Virus record (IMG/VR): IMGVR_UViG_3300032007_000036
Location: 32,001-96,000 of that record
Direction: 5' to 3' (one strand)
DNA length: 64,000 nucleotides
From: a virus
Lineage: Duplodnaviria > Caudoviricetes
Positions 9,515-18,202 of the stretch are shown here, piece after piece. Numbering within the stretch: position 1 is the stretch's first letter; each line of letters opens with the position of its first letter. A model generated the notes under the pieces. The model ran no database searches. It was given only the letters and a program-made list of their open reading frames with translations, and had not been told where the DNA came from. The translations under genes were made by a program, and so were the position numbers.

Positions 9515-11197
9515 TCAGTAGTACCTTCTCGATCCAACCCAGAGTTTACCGTCGGTGGTATTCCCATAGTTGAGCGAGATAGCACCATCTTGAACTTCGC
9601 AAATCAGTCCATAAGGGACAAGCGCAAAGTTGCTGGCATTGGACGCTTTGGTCCTGGCTATCGCCCGCATCAGGAAGTATGCGGTGTCATTGTTCACGGA
9701 CCCATTGTCATAACAGCACGACACGATCTTGCCATCGCTGCTCCAAGAAGCTGCGTCGCTGACAGGCTGGTTACACCAGGTGATGATGCGTGGAACCTGG
9801 ATAACTGCAAAATTCCTGTCAACAAGCTGCAGTTTAGAGGAGAGCTGCTGCTCAACCGTAGTCGCAGTTGTCGTCTTGGATCCATTGATCGTCTTCTGAG
9901 TGGCCAGATACTTCGCGAAGAAGTTATCAGTGGCTTCCCAAGTACCAGACACGTCGTTCTTCCATATCGGCGGAATCGCGCGGCTATAGATGTCCATAAC
10001 AGACGGATCGGATATCGGATCAAGGATCCTCGTAACCGTTCCGTTGATAACGACAGTGTCCAGAACTTTCTGAACGACCGACTTCAGCGCCTGATCGAAA
10101 TCTTTGATCTGATGCAGGGCGTCTCTTGTGTTCTTATCCATGTTACCTGTTACCAGGTCATAGATACCACTCAGGCTGGAAGCCGAGAGTTTCCATTCCA
10201 GATAATGACTAGGTGTCGAGTCAATCAGTTCACCGGACAGAACGTGCTCATTGAACTCATCAACGATCATCTGGTGAAACGCATTAACTGCGCCAGACGG
10301 ATGGTCACCAGACACGGTCATGATCGCTTTGAGACGATCACCTACCCTGTCATCGCTGATGTTGGTCACAGGACCGACCACAGCCTTGATGAGATTCTTA
10401 AAAGCATTACGGTCCACATTCTTCAGGACCTTAAGCTGACGATAGCAGACAGTGATGAACTTCTTGACGTTGTCCTCAGCAGGGAGCAATCCCTTGAACG
10501 CGTTGACTGCTTCTGTTGGAGACAGATACCTAGGACGATCATCTATCACATACGCTTCTGCAATCGGAGAACCATCGGAGCTCATGAACTCCTGAATGCT
10601 GAATCCAGTATTGTTGAGCGTGTGGTTAATCGTCTTGGTCTGATCGAGACCGGGCTCTGCCCATTTCGGCTTCTCCTTAGGTTCAGGAGATTTGGCAGTC
10701 TTATCGCTTGTGCGTCCTCTCGGAGTAGGCGCAATAGTCTCAGGCTGATATCTTCCGGCTACAGGTCCACGTTGGAATGCAGGTGCTCCTGCTCCACGAT
10801 TCCCGGCATACCAGCTGCTACCACCTGCTGCAAATCCACCTCTCTGGACATAGCCACCAGCACCCATCATCGGTCGATACCCAGGAGCTCCAGGATTGAC
10901 TATCATTCCACCACAATATCCGCCACCAACCTGATATGCTGCTTGCTGACGAATATACTGGACCATAGGACCGATCAGGTTATCGTAAATCAACTTCTCC
11001 ATGTGCTGCTCACCCTGTATCGAGGGGAGCGACGCAATGGCATTCTGGACGAACTGAGCGAACTCAGGTCCGTTCACCTTACTCATGATGAAGTTTGCCT
11101 CCACCTGAGTTATCCGCTGCTGAGCCAGAAGGTTGTTGACAACCTTAGGATACATCTGACATGCTAGCTGATAATAAGGATGACTTTGATCAATCAT
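9515..11197 (-). CDS. Hypothetical protein downstream of the nvRNAP subunit, with a Gly/Tyr/Arg-rich low-complexity segment
   Basis: 560 aa with SD AAGGA; same strand and adjacent to the RNAP gene. Confidence 0.7.
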   Translation of the reverse strand: MIDQSHPYYQLACQMYPKVVNNLLAQQRITQVEANFIMSKVNGPEFAQFVQNAIASLPSIQGEQHMEKLIYDNLIGPMVQYIRQQAAYQVGGGYCGGMIVNPGAPGYRPMMGAGGYVQRGGFAAGGSSWYAGNRGAGAPAFQRGPVAGRYQPETIAPTPRGRTSDKTAKSPEPKEKPKWAEPGLDQTKTINHTLNNTGFSIQEFMSSDGSPIAEAYVIDDRPRYLSPTEAVNAFKGLLPAEDNVKKFITVCYRQLKVLKNVDRNAFKNLIKAVVGPVTNISDDRVGDRLKAIMTVSGDHPSGAVNAFHQMIVDEFNEHVLSGELIDSTPSHYLEWKLSASSLSGIYDLVTGNMDKNTRDALHQIKDFDQALKSVVQKVLDTVVINGTVTRILDPISDPSVMDIYSRAIPPIWKNDVSGTWEATDNFFAKYLATQKTINGSKTTTATTVEQQLSSKLQLVDRNFAVIQVPRIITWCNQPVSDAASWSSDGKIVSCCYDNGSVNNDTAYFLMRAIARTKASNASNFALVPYGLICEVQDGAISLNYGNTTDGKLWVGSRRYY

Positions 11198-11214
11198 GAT
11201 GCGTTACTCTTCCT

Positions 11215-12786
11215 TTAGTCGAACACATGTTCCAAGATCTTGGAGTGTTCTTTGTTTTCAATGATGTTGCCTTCGTCGTCTATCTGCAGATACGGATTGA
11301 TGGATCCTGTAGACACCGGAGTACTTGCAGGGATGTCCAGAATACTTGTTACCGCAATATGCGAAGGATGCGACTTCAACAGATGCGGCGGAATCCTTGT
11401 AGTTGTCCGTTTCTTCTTTCTTCCATAACCATACTGAGACTCGACAGAGTCCAAAGACAAGAATCGTTTACCTGCAACCGTGAGAAGGAGATTGTCTCCA
11501 TACACAGATGGCTCAGGCCTGAAGATGGAAGTCATGCTTATCCAAGACGGACGTTGCGATGCCTTCCTACAGAACGTCTTCACTACCTCTGGCGTCAAGG
11601 ACGCCCCGCGTTTTGAGTTGATGATTCCGTACTGCTGTGTTGTGATCCCACGGATGACTCCACCCATGAGTTGATCGAGACTACCGATCATTTTGTCATA
11701 CAGGTTGATCGGATTGTAACTCACAATCAACTTGTCGATGTTGAAGAACATGTGGTGCAGCAAGTCATAAGTGTCCGTCACATCAATACCAACAGACGCT
11801 AGCTTCTTCTGCGCCACACCATCAAGCATCAGGTCGGTCATGTCCAAATGTGTCCAAGCGTTCTTGAGCACTAGTGCGTTCATCGGGACATTACGGTTCT
11901 TAGAACAGATATACCGACCGAGTGTGGTGCAGTAATACTCTGTATCATCTCCGATTACGTCGGCTGGAGTGAAGACTGTATTCTCCAGATAGATCTTGAA
12001 CAGTGACAAGACCATTCTCTTAAAGAAGATGTCATTCTCCAGAAGCTTCTTGTTGGCCTTGAGGAACAACCCGTTAGGCAGCATGAAGTACTCATTAGCT
12101 TTGTCATCAACCAGTCCTTCGTGGACTACAGAGATAGAACCTTCGGGGATGTTGTACCACTTCATCGTCCCTCGGAATCCTTTTCGACATAGAGGATACA
12201 AAACCAGGGGGATGCGTTCCCCTTTCTTGCTTACTTGCCCCATGTAGATCTTAACTGTAACCAGGATGTCCCAGTAATGATTACCACTGATGGCTTCTAG
12301 CTGAACCTTGTCGGTTGACCTTCTACCAAAGGTTATCGGAACTCGCATCACCTTGACGATGATGGTTCCAGAATCAGTCACGTTAACACTACCGCGCTCA
12401 ACGATTGGGAAGAGCGGGTAATATTCCGTGTCGTTATAGACAACGCACTCGTTCTGAAGATACGGGATCTCAACGTAGATGTAATACGGATCTCCCTGGA
12501 ACGAAAATTCAAACCGTACTGTTGAAGTCTCTGTCCGTCGGATAGACACTTGGCCTTTGTGGATACTGTTCTCAATCAAGTAGTCCAGACGTTCTTCGGG
12601 TGTCAGAGTTCTGTACCCGATATACTGGAGCTGGTTGTTGAAGAACGTAACCGTCTGCCTGAACGCTGAGTCCAGGTACTCCGGTATACTTGCTATCTTA
12701 CGCTTCCTGAATCCGTAGATCAGGTCGTCGTTGAAAGGCCGCATGGCAGATGAGATCCGTTGGGAAACCTCATTCAAGATATTCAT
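11215..12786 (-). CDS. Non-virion RNA polymerase beta subunit, N-terminal part (phiKZ gp123-like)
   Basis: 523 aa; C-terminal HPSHIAVTSILDIP..TP..GSINPY resembles the beta conserved region; size and neighbourhood fit gp123. Confidence 0.7.
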   Translation of the reverse strand: MNILNEVSQRISSAMRPFNDDLIYGFRKRKIASIPEYLDSAFRQTVTFFNNQLQYIGYRTLTPEERLDYLIENSIHKGQVSIRRTETSTVRFEFSFQGDPYYIYVEIPYLQNECVVYNDTEYYPLFPIVERGSVNVTDSGTIIVKVMRVPITFGRRSTDKVQLEAISGNHYWDILVTVKIYMGQVSKKGERIPLVLYPLCRKGFRGTMKWYNIPEGSISVVHEGLVDDKANEYFMLPNGLFLKANKKLLENDIFFKRMVLSLFKIYLENTVFTPADVIGDDTEYYCTTLGRYICSKNRNVPMNALVLKNAWTHLDMTDLMLDGVAQKKLASVGIDVTDTYDLLHHMFFNIDKLIVSYNPINLYDKMIGSLDQLMGGVIRGITTQQYGIINSKRGASLTPEVVKTFCRKASQRPSWISMTSIFRPEPSVYGDNLLLTVAGKRFLSLDSVESQYGYGRKKKRTTTRIPPHLLKSHPSHIAVTSILDIPASTPVSTGSINPYLQIDDEGNIIENKEHSKILEHVFD

Positions 12787-12795
12787 TTTGTCCTT

Positions 12796-13992
12796 TCATT
12801 TCTTTTTGGCTTGTAGAGCTAGTGCGGCACTGGTCACGGTGGTTATCGCTGTCAGAACTGCGATGGCGAACTTGAACAAGGACTCTCTACGTTCATGATC
12901 GTTCTTCATTTCAGTTATCCTGCGATCCTCTCGCTGAGCCGCAAGCTTATCCTCTTTCGCATATCTCTCGACGTTCGCTGCATTGACTGAACTCCAGTAT
13001 TCGTTCAGTCGTTTGAATTCATCACGTTCACGGATGCTGTCCGCTAGCTTGGCCTTAAGATCTGCGACGGTAGCGTCCTTGGTTGCGATCTGAGACCTCA
13101 ACCTGTTGTCCGCTGTCTTCCTATCCTCTGCTATTTGAGCTTGCAGATTAGCAACTGTTTGATCGTGAACCTCTTTAGATATCATACCAGTTACTTGAAT
13201 AGCCGAAGAGTTAACTCCAGCATCTTTCTTGGCAATGACTCTCTGCAGAGATTCAATCGAACTGGCAACACAGACAATGTCTCCAGATTGGACACGATAA
13301 GGTTCCTCGAGATCAATGTCTTTCAAGTTGATCGTGAAGACTGGAACAGTCGCACGTTCTTCTTGAAGATGATTACTCGGATACCTTAGGTAACAAGAGA
13401 GCGTAGTGGCTTCAGTGGTTACTTCACCACCTTCACCATCTATCAACGGAACCAATCGGTTGGAATGTCTACATCTGATGCATATGGTTTGACCCAATGC
13501 CTGGACATAGAGAACCTCGAATCGGTTCATCGGATCCTTCACCTCGAATACGAATCGAGGATCAGTTAGCTCAAAGTCTGAAGCAGACTCCTGGAGATCT
13601 GGACAATACTCAGATTCTGCCAGCATGTTCTTGGCGACTAGGGAATGCTCCGCAGTCGACACTGTCAATCCAAACTCTTCCAGCTTAATCGGATAGAGCA
13701 TAAAGTCATCGTACGGGATCTGAATCCGTTTTGTCGGAATCGGAATGTCCTTGGGAGCTCCACCTAGCGTATCTTTAGACCGTCTTCCATTGAACTCTCT
13801 TTGATAGATTTCAACGAACGGTTTCTGTGCAGCTAAAGCTCTTGGCCATTTTGGTATGACTGTTTGTCTTCCCGTATGGTCTGTGATTACTACATCAACT
13901 GGACCCCAGTTGTGTATCTGCATCTCCTTATAGTAGGCAGGATAGAGAGTGGACAGTGCAAGACTGTCCACCTCTTGGGTAGTATAACCCAT
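12796..13992 (-). CDS. Hypothetical protein with C-terminal coiled coil and transmembrane anchor
   Basis: Start reassigned to ATG 13992 (MGYTTQ) on SD GGAGG and an upstream TATATTAC; ends in a hydrophobic helix plus KKK. Confidence 0.75.
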   Translation of the reverse strand: MGYTTQEVDSLALSTLYPAYYKEMQIHNWGPVDVVITDHTGRQTVIPKWPRALAAQKPFVEIYQREFNGRRSKDTLGGAPKDIPIPTKRIQIPYDDFMLYPIKLEEFGLTVSTAEHSLVAKNMLAESEYCPDLQESASDFELTDPRFVFEVKDPMNRFEVLYVQALGQTICIRCRHSNRLVPLIDGEGGEVTTEATTLSCYLRYPSNHLQEERATVPVFTINLKDIDLEEPYRVQSGDIVCVASSIESLQRVIAKKDAGVNSSAIQVTGMISKEVHDQTVANLQAQIAEDRKTADNRLRSQIATKDATVADLKAKLADSIRERDEFKRLNEYWSSVNAANVERYAKEDKLAAQREDRRITEMKNDHERRESLFKFAIAVLTAITTVTSAALALQAKKK

Positions 13993-14024
13993 CTTAATCC
14001 TCCACTTGGGTTGCACGCACTGTA

Positions 14025-14032
14025 GTAATATA
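14025..14032 (-). promoter_or_regulatory. Early promoter motif TATATTAC upstream of the nvRNAP operon
   Basis: Exact motif lying between a terminator and an SD. Confidence 0.7.
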
Positions 14033-14077
14033 TGCGTAGAATCCAAATGGGCACTGGTATAATTTAGGAGGAATATG

Positions 14078-14127
14078 TAATAAAAGAACAAGGCACCACT
14101 CAGGGCCAAAAGCCCTGAGTGGTGCCT
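14078..14127 (-). terminator. Intrinsic terminator
   Basis: AGGCACCACTCAGGGC / GCCCTGAGTGGTGCCT stem plus U-tract. Confidence 0.85.
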
Positions 14128-14131
14128 GTAG

Positions 14132-15625
14132 TTATGCGATGTATCTGTAGCCCGACGGCGTTCCAGAGTAGGTCTTGTACTTGCTATCACTGAAGAGCGC
14201 ATCAGTGACAGACGAGAACGTACTGACCTTGGTGTCTTTCGGCAAACTTCTTCCAGTATTAAGGAAATCCAGAGCGAAACCACGTTTGTACGTACCCATT
14301 GGAGTGGAGTTGCCAGGAAGCATAGACAACTGAGACGAGGTATATCTACCTCTTGTTCTCATGTTGTTCGTCTTCATGGTATCCTTAAGCACGAATGCCG
14401 AGTTGGCAGCATTCGATGCAGTGGAAAGAAGCGCTTTGTTCTCAGACGTATTGAACACGAGAACACGATTACCCTTAGAGTCAACCATGTGTGTTCCGTT
14501 CGTCTGGAACTTGGACAAACCTTGCTTAGAAGTAGGCGTTAAATTGCCCCAAGGCCCGGGATATTTATCGCCATAAGAGTTCCAGATCTTTCCGAGTTCA
14601 GCGGGACCACCTCTGGAGATGGCTGTACCTGCTTTCATCAGTCCGTCTGCTGTCGCAGAGACAGTGACCATGGCTTTCTTAATATCCGCTAATCCTGTCT
14701 TACCAGAAGTGTTCTTCAATCCGGCAAGCAAGCTGTCAGGACCAGTCATGCTCTCAGGAAGAAGTCCTTCAACAGCATTGAACACTGCAGGAGCACCCAT
14801 CTTGAGAGCTGTGTCTCCAAGGGCAGAAAGTCCTTGGTTGAGAGCAGCCTTCTGGATACCTTCGAAATCACCGTTGACGATACCCTGAGCCAAGCCAGGG
14901 CAGCCGAGCATATCGTTGAGAGCAGATGTTAAACCATCCTTGAGTCCCTTGATAGCCCCATCGATGATTCCGAGAATATCAGGAATTGCAAATCCCTTCG
15001 ATCCGGCAGTATTAGGACGTTTGGGGCATCCTCGACACTGCGGGAACGGTTCGCCAGAACAAAATGAATTACAGAATTGATCAATTGCACCCTGAACCAT
15101 TGGACTGTTCATGGTGTCCTTGATCGAATCAAGCCAAGAACTTTCCGTAGGCACGCCTTCTGCATCGGCCATGGTCTGCAGGTCTGCATCTGTAGGATGC
15201 GTCTGCTTTGAAACGTTCTCGATCTTGTTGGCCAGATCAACTGCCTCTGCTGGAGTTGCACCAGCAGCTATTGCTGCCTGATAAGCATCTCTAGCTTTCT
15301 TCTCCGCAATACGTTCAATGAGGTCTTGCTTCTCACTGTCCGTCAAGTCAGCTACTGTTTTGACGGATTTAGCATCCTTAACATCATCGGCAGTAGCTTC
15401 ACCTTTAGCGGCAGCAGCCTCAGCAGCTGCTACATCAGGAACACCTTCCTTACTTACAGGAACAGAGGTTGTCTTCTTATCGTTGAACTGGCCTATCGTG
15501 TATTCATGAAGTTTACTGGTAACCGTCTTGGTGTCAAGCGCTTTCTTGACGGATTCCTCAACCTTCTTGGAGTTGAGTTCAGAAACCCGTTTGAGAGCAC
15601 CAGACAAACTTCCAAATTCAAACAT
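14132..15625 (-). CDS. Ala/Gly-rich hypothetical protein, possibly virion-associated
   Basis: 497 aa with SD AGGAG; central Cys cluster CNSFC...CRGC. Confidence 0.65.
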   Translation of the reverse strand: MFEFGSLSGALKRVSELNSKKVEESVKKALDTKTVTSKLHEYTIGQFNDKKTTSVPVSKEGVPDVAAAEAAAAKGEATADDVKDAKSVKTVADLTDSEKQDLIERIAEKKARDAYQAAIAAGATPAEAVDLANKIENVSKQTHPTDADLQTMADAEGVPTESSWLDSIKDTMNSPMVQGAIDQFCNSFCSGEPFPQCRGCPKRPNTAGSKGFAIPDILGIIDGAIKGLKDGLTSALNDMLGCPGLAQGIVNGDFEGIQKAALNQGLSALGDTALKMGAPAVFNAVEGLLPESMTGPDSLLAGLKNTSGKTGLADIKKAMVTVSATADGLMKAGTAISRGGPAELGKIWNSYGDKYPGPWGNLTPTSKQGLSKFQTNGTHMVDSKGNRVLVFNTSENKALLSTASNAANSAFVLKDTMKTNNMRTRGRYTSSQLSMLPGNSTPMGTYKRGFALDFLNTGRSLPKDTKVSTFSSVTDALFSDSKYKTYSGTPSGYRYIA

Positions 15626-15639
15626 GATAGGTTCTCCTG

Positions 15640-16344
15640 TTAGACGTTACAGTCGATGTGCATCCCTCGGAACAGCACTTTGACCATGTCTGCAGACCTT
15701 ACTCTTGTACGAGGATCTAGAGACTGAAGAGTAACTCGGCCGTTCTCCTGCATCTGACGCTTGAAATCACCGTAAGCAGTTACGTCACCACCACGAACCT
15801 TCACTACTTCAAGCATAGTGTTCTTGAGACCACGAACACCAAGAGACTGAATCTCAGGTGCAGAGATAGAGCAAGCCTTATCCTCGCCTACAACCTGCCC
15901 TGACAAAGCATCAACTGTCTTGTCACGTGCAGGGACTGCAAGCTTCTTGTCCCATTCCTGCTGAGCACGGCGAATAGGAAGAGTAAGGACAAGATGCTCA
16001 TCGTTGGTAAGATACTTGCGACCAGTGACTTTGTCCCTGAGCCACAGACGATGAGCCAACTTGAGCCCAACTACCTTGGAAGCATTCACGAGATCAGAGA
16101 TCTTGAGAACCTTCTTCATGTTGGGAGCAATGAGGTTAAGCTGGTACTCTTTCTTTCGTATAAGTTCCATGAACTCAGCAAACTTGGTATCAGACATACC
16201 TCCAAGAAATTCTTTCCACCTCTTGGTATTGTCACCAGATGGATCCATGGCCGTCATCACCTTCAAGATGTATTCAGTAATCTTCTGACGCTTCTTCTTG
16301 GGATCTTTGACAGCCTCTGTAGCAGCTACAACTTCTTCGGACAT
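15640..16344 (-). CDS. Virion RNA polymerase beta subunit, C-terminal part (phiKZ gp149-like)
   Basis: LSGQVVG...ISAPEIQSL...GL..TMLEVVKVRGGD aligns with the RpoB C-terminus (TQQPLGG...GEME.WAL...L.EMLT.KSDD). Confidence 0.8.
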   Translation of the reverse strand: MSEEVVAATEAVKDPKKKRQKITEYILKVMTAMDPSGDNTKRWKEFLGGMSDTKFAEFMELIRKKEYQLNLIAPNMKKVLKISDLVNASKVVGLKLAHRLWLRDKVTGRKYLTNDEHLVLTLPIRRAQQEWDKKLAVPARDKTVDALSGQVVGEDKACSISAPEIQSLGVRGLKNTMLEVVKVRGGDVTAYGDFKRQMQENGRVTLQSLDPRTRVRSADMVKVLFRGMHIDCNV

Positions 16345-16376
16345 TAGAAACCTCTTTCTGACATAAGCCCTCTCCT

Positions 16377-16604
16377 TTAGTGCCGATACTCTACGTGGAT
16401 AGCCCTTCCGTCACTAGTAACAGTATCGTACTCCTTGACGTTGTGAGAATGTTCGGTAATTGCTCTCTTCTTACGTTGCTTGATAGCATCGTCAATAATG
16501 ACGTAGCACTTACAACTTTCCGACTGAGCTATAAGCTGATCTACGCGTTTCCGCTGAGAACGGGTTAGACTAGCTTCCCATTCCTCCGGAGTAAGATATT
16601 TCAT
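16377..16604 (-). CDS. Hypothetical protein
   Basis: About 75 aa from ATG 16604 with SD AAGGT. Confidence 0.55.
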   Translation of the reverse strand: MKYLTPEEWEASLTRSQRKRVDQLIAQSESCKCYVIIDDAIKQRKKRAITEHSHNVKEYDTVTSDGRAIHVEYRH

Positions 16605-16704
16605 AAACAACACCTTAATTTTAAGTTACAAATGCATAAGATAGAACCCAAAAAATAACGAGCCGGGTTGTGCCCTAAGGCACACACCCGACCCAGTCAT
16701 TTTA

Positions 16705-17094
16705 TCAGCCAAGTTGGCGCTTCCTCTTCCAAGACATGAGCTTGAGAGTAGGAATGTCCGAGGAGAACGAGGTAAGCACCACGTTCTTGTAACGGATCTC
16801 AACGTTGATCACCGGGCGACCGTTGTCGGTCACGTTGGCTACAACGCTGTAATCCGTGAGATCGAGACGATCTGACAAGTCATGATCGAACTCCGACATA
16901 GCGGTTTCGATCCCATCAAGCAGATCATATTCGTTTTCATCAAACATTTCTACTGTCTGCAGCATCAGACTGTAGAGGGACGCTGACAACTTGGCTACAC
17001 CTTGGGCAGGCGCTGCCGACTCAATGTCTCCTGCCAGTTCCGCAACGGCTCTAGCACGAAGTTCTTGAGCGAATTCGTCATTCAATTTCGTCAT
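16705..17094 (-). CDS. Hypothetical protein
   Basis: 129 aa with SD GAGGAGG; hairpin terminator just downstream. Confidence 0.75.
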   Translation of the reverse strand: MTKLNDEFAQELRARAVAELAGDIESAAPAQGVAKLSASLYSLMLQTVEMFDENEYDLLDGIETAMSEFDHDLSDRLDLTDYSVVANVTDNGRPVINVEIRYKNVVLTSFSSDIPTLKLMSWKRKRQLG

Positions 17095-17311
17095 CGTTTT
17101 CCTCCTCTAAATCTTTTTCTGCGTCTTCTGCCTCTTCGAGGGCGCGGACCCCTTCAGGGTCATCGTCTGTTTCCTCCGGAGTGTCCTCCTCTTCATCGTC
17201 ATCCACCGCAGTGTTGCGGAGACATTCGATGCAGAGCTCCGGATCAAACTCGATGCCTTCCGGGTACTCGGACGGGTCGTTGTACCGACCGCATCTTTTG
17301 CACTTCATCAT
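17078..17311 (-). CDS. Small Zn-finger protein with highly acidic tail
   Basis: CKRC...CIEC followed by an Asp/Glu-rich C-terminus; SD AAGGA; upstream TATATTAC. Confidence 0.75.
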   Translation of the reverse strand: MMKCKRCGRYNDPSEYPEGIEFDPELCIECLRNTAVDDDEEEDTPEETDDDPEGVRALEEAEDAEKDLEEENDDEIE

Positions 17312-17348
17312 GTTTTTGATCCTTTCTGGTTATGGTAGATTCACTAGT

Positions 17349-17356
17349 GTAATATA
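17349..17356 (-). promoter_or_regulatory. Early promoter motif TATATTAC
   Basis: Exact motif about 38 nt upstream of the start at 17311. Confidence 0.7.
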
Positions 17357-17382
17357 GATTTGAAATGATTTTAAGAATTAAC

Positions 17383-17545
17383 AAAAAGAAAAGGAACGCG
17401 GGAAGGATCTACCCGCGTTCCAAAACCCTCTCAGTACAACATCCGACGAACTCTATCACACACGTGTCTACCTGTGCGCTTCATCAGACAGCTATGCAAG
17501 AAGATTTTTTGGTAAACAGATTGGATCTGTTGCCCATAACCACAT
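17383..17545 (-). ncRNA. Candidate small RNA with its own promoter-like motif and terminator
   Basis: TGTATTAC at 17548-17555, two hairpins, terminator at 17393-17421, and no credible ORF. Confidence 0.4.
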
Positions 17546-17654
17546 AAGTAATACATACTTGAAATAGCACTGAATATTCTATAAATGTGGAATAGTATTT
17601 GATATTTTGCACTAATATCATTATGTCAAATAAACCCACTGTTAGGAGGAATCT

Positions 17655-18143
17655 ATGGGAAGTGTAACTTATAGGGTTAAGGTTCCAAGCAAAGAATCTC
17701 TTGAACACCTGATGGCCACTTGGAATAGAGCTAGGATGCCGGTCATCAATGGTGAATGCGAATTGCCCGGTGGAACAGACCCGAAGCGCGCGCAGACGAT
17801 TGACTTTGACAAGATGTCGCACGCAATCACAGATATTAAACCAGAGACTTTCGATCCGAAGACAAGCAGTGTCGCTATCGACGTTGTGTTCACAGGAAGG
17901 ATGTCTCCTGTTATTGCAGATGCTCATGTTCGTGGAGACCTTAGGTTCGTTCCGCGATTCGTGACAATGGTACCGGACAACGGAGGTCCTGTACTCCAGC
18001 GCATCATCACTTGGGATGCCGTTACCCGTCCACCTGAAAGCAAGCTCTTCGATCGTCGACTTGAAGTCGAACGGCAGAAGATGCGGGACGAAGAGAACGC
18101 CAAAGACAAAGCAACTGAACTGAGAAAAAAGAAGGGTAAGTGA
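17655..18143 (+). CDS. Prohead protease-like protein, probably catalytically inactive
   Basis: GECELP..R..TID..SHAI and IITWDAV..P motifs recall the T4 gp21 / phiKZ gp175 family; SD AGGAGG. Confidence 0.55.
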   Translation: MGSVTYRVKVPSKESLEHLMATWNRARMPVINGECELPGGTDPKRAQTIDFDKMSHAITDIKPETFDPKTSSVAIDVVFTGRMSPVIADAHVRGDLRFVPRFVTMVPDNGGPVLQRIITWDAVTRPPESKLFDRRLEVERQKMRDEENAKDKATELRKKKGK

Positions 18144-18154
18144 TTACCTAACCT

Positions 18155-18187
18155 CACCTCTGCTGAGCGAAAGCTCAGCAGAGGTGA
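18155..18187. terminator. Terminator between convergent genes
   Basis: TCACCTCTGCTGAGC-GAAA-GCTCAGCAGAGGTGA. Confidence 0.85.
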
Positions 18188-18202
18188 TCTCGGTTGTTCT
18201 TT

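Noticed and set aside
9356-11167. 603-aa plus-strand ORF, and similar long antisense ORFs at 46151-47416, 56164-57393, 60215-61273 and 38241-39161
   Set aside because: They are shadows of real genes, explained by codon bias against TTA/CTA/TCA. They lack SDs and have atypical composition.
13993-14283. Extended N-terminus of the 495-aa ORF call
   Set aside because: It crosses a terminator, a promoter motif and the upstream gene; the start with an SD is at 13992.
17478-17490. CUGAUGA hammerhead core on the minus strand
   Set aside because: No properly placed GAAA or three-way junction; the bases lie within a simple helix.
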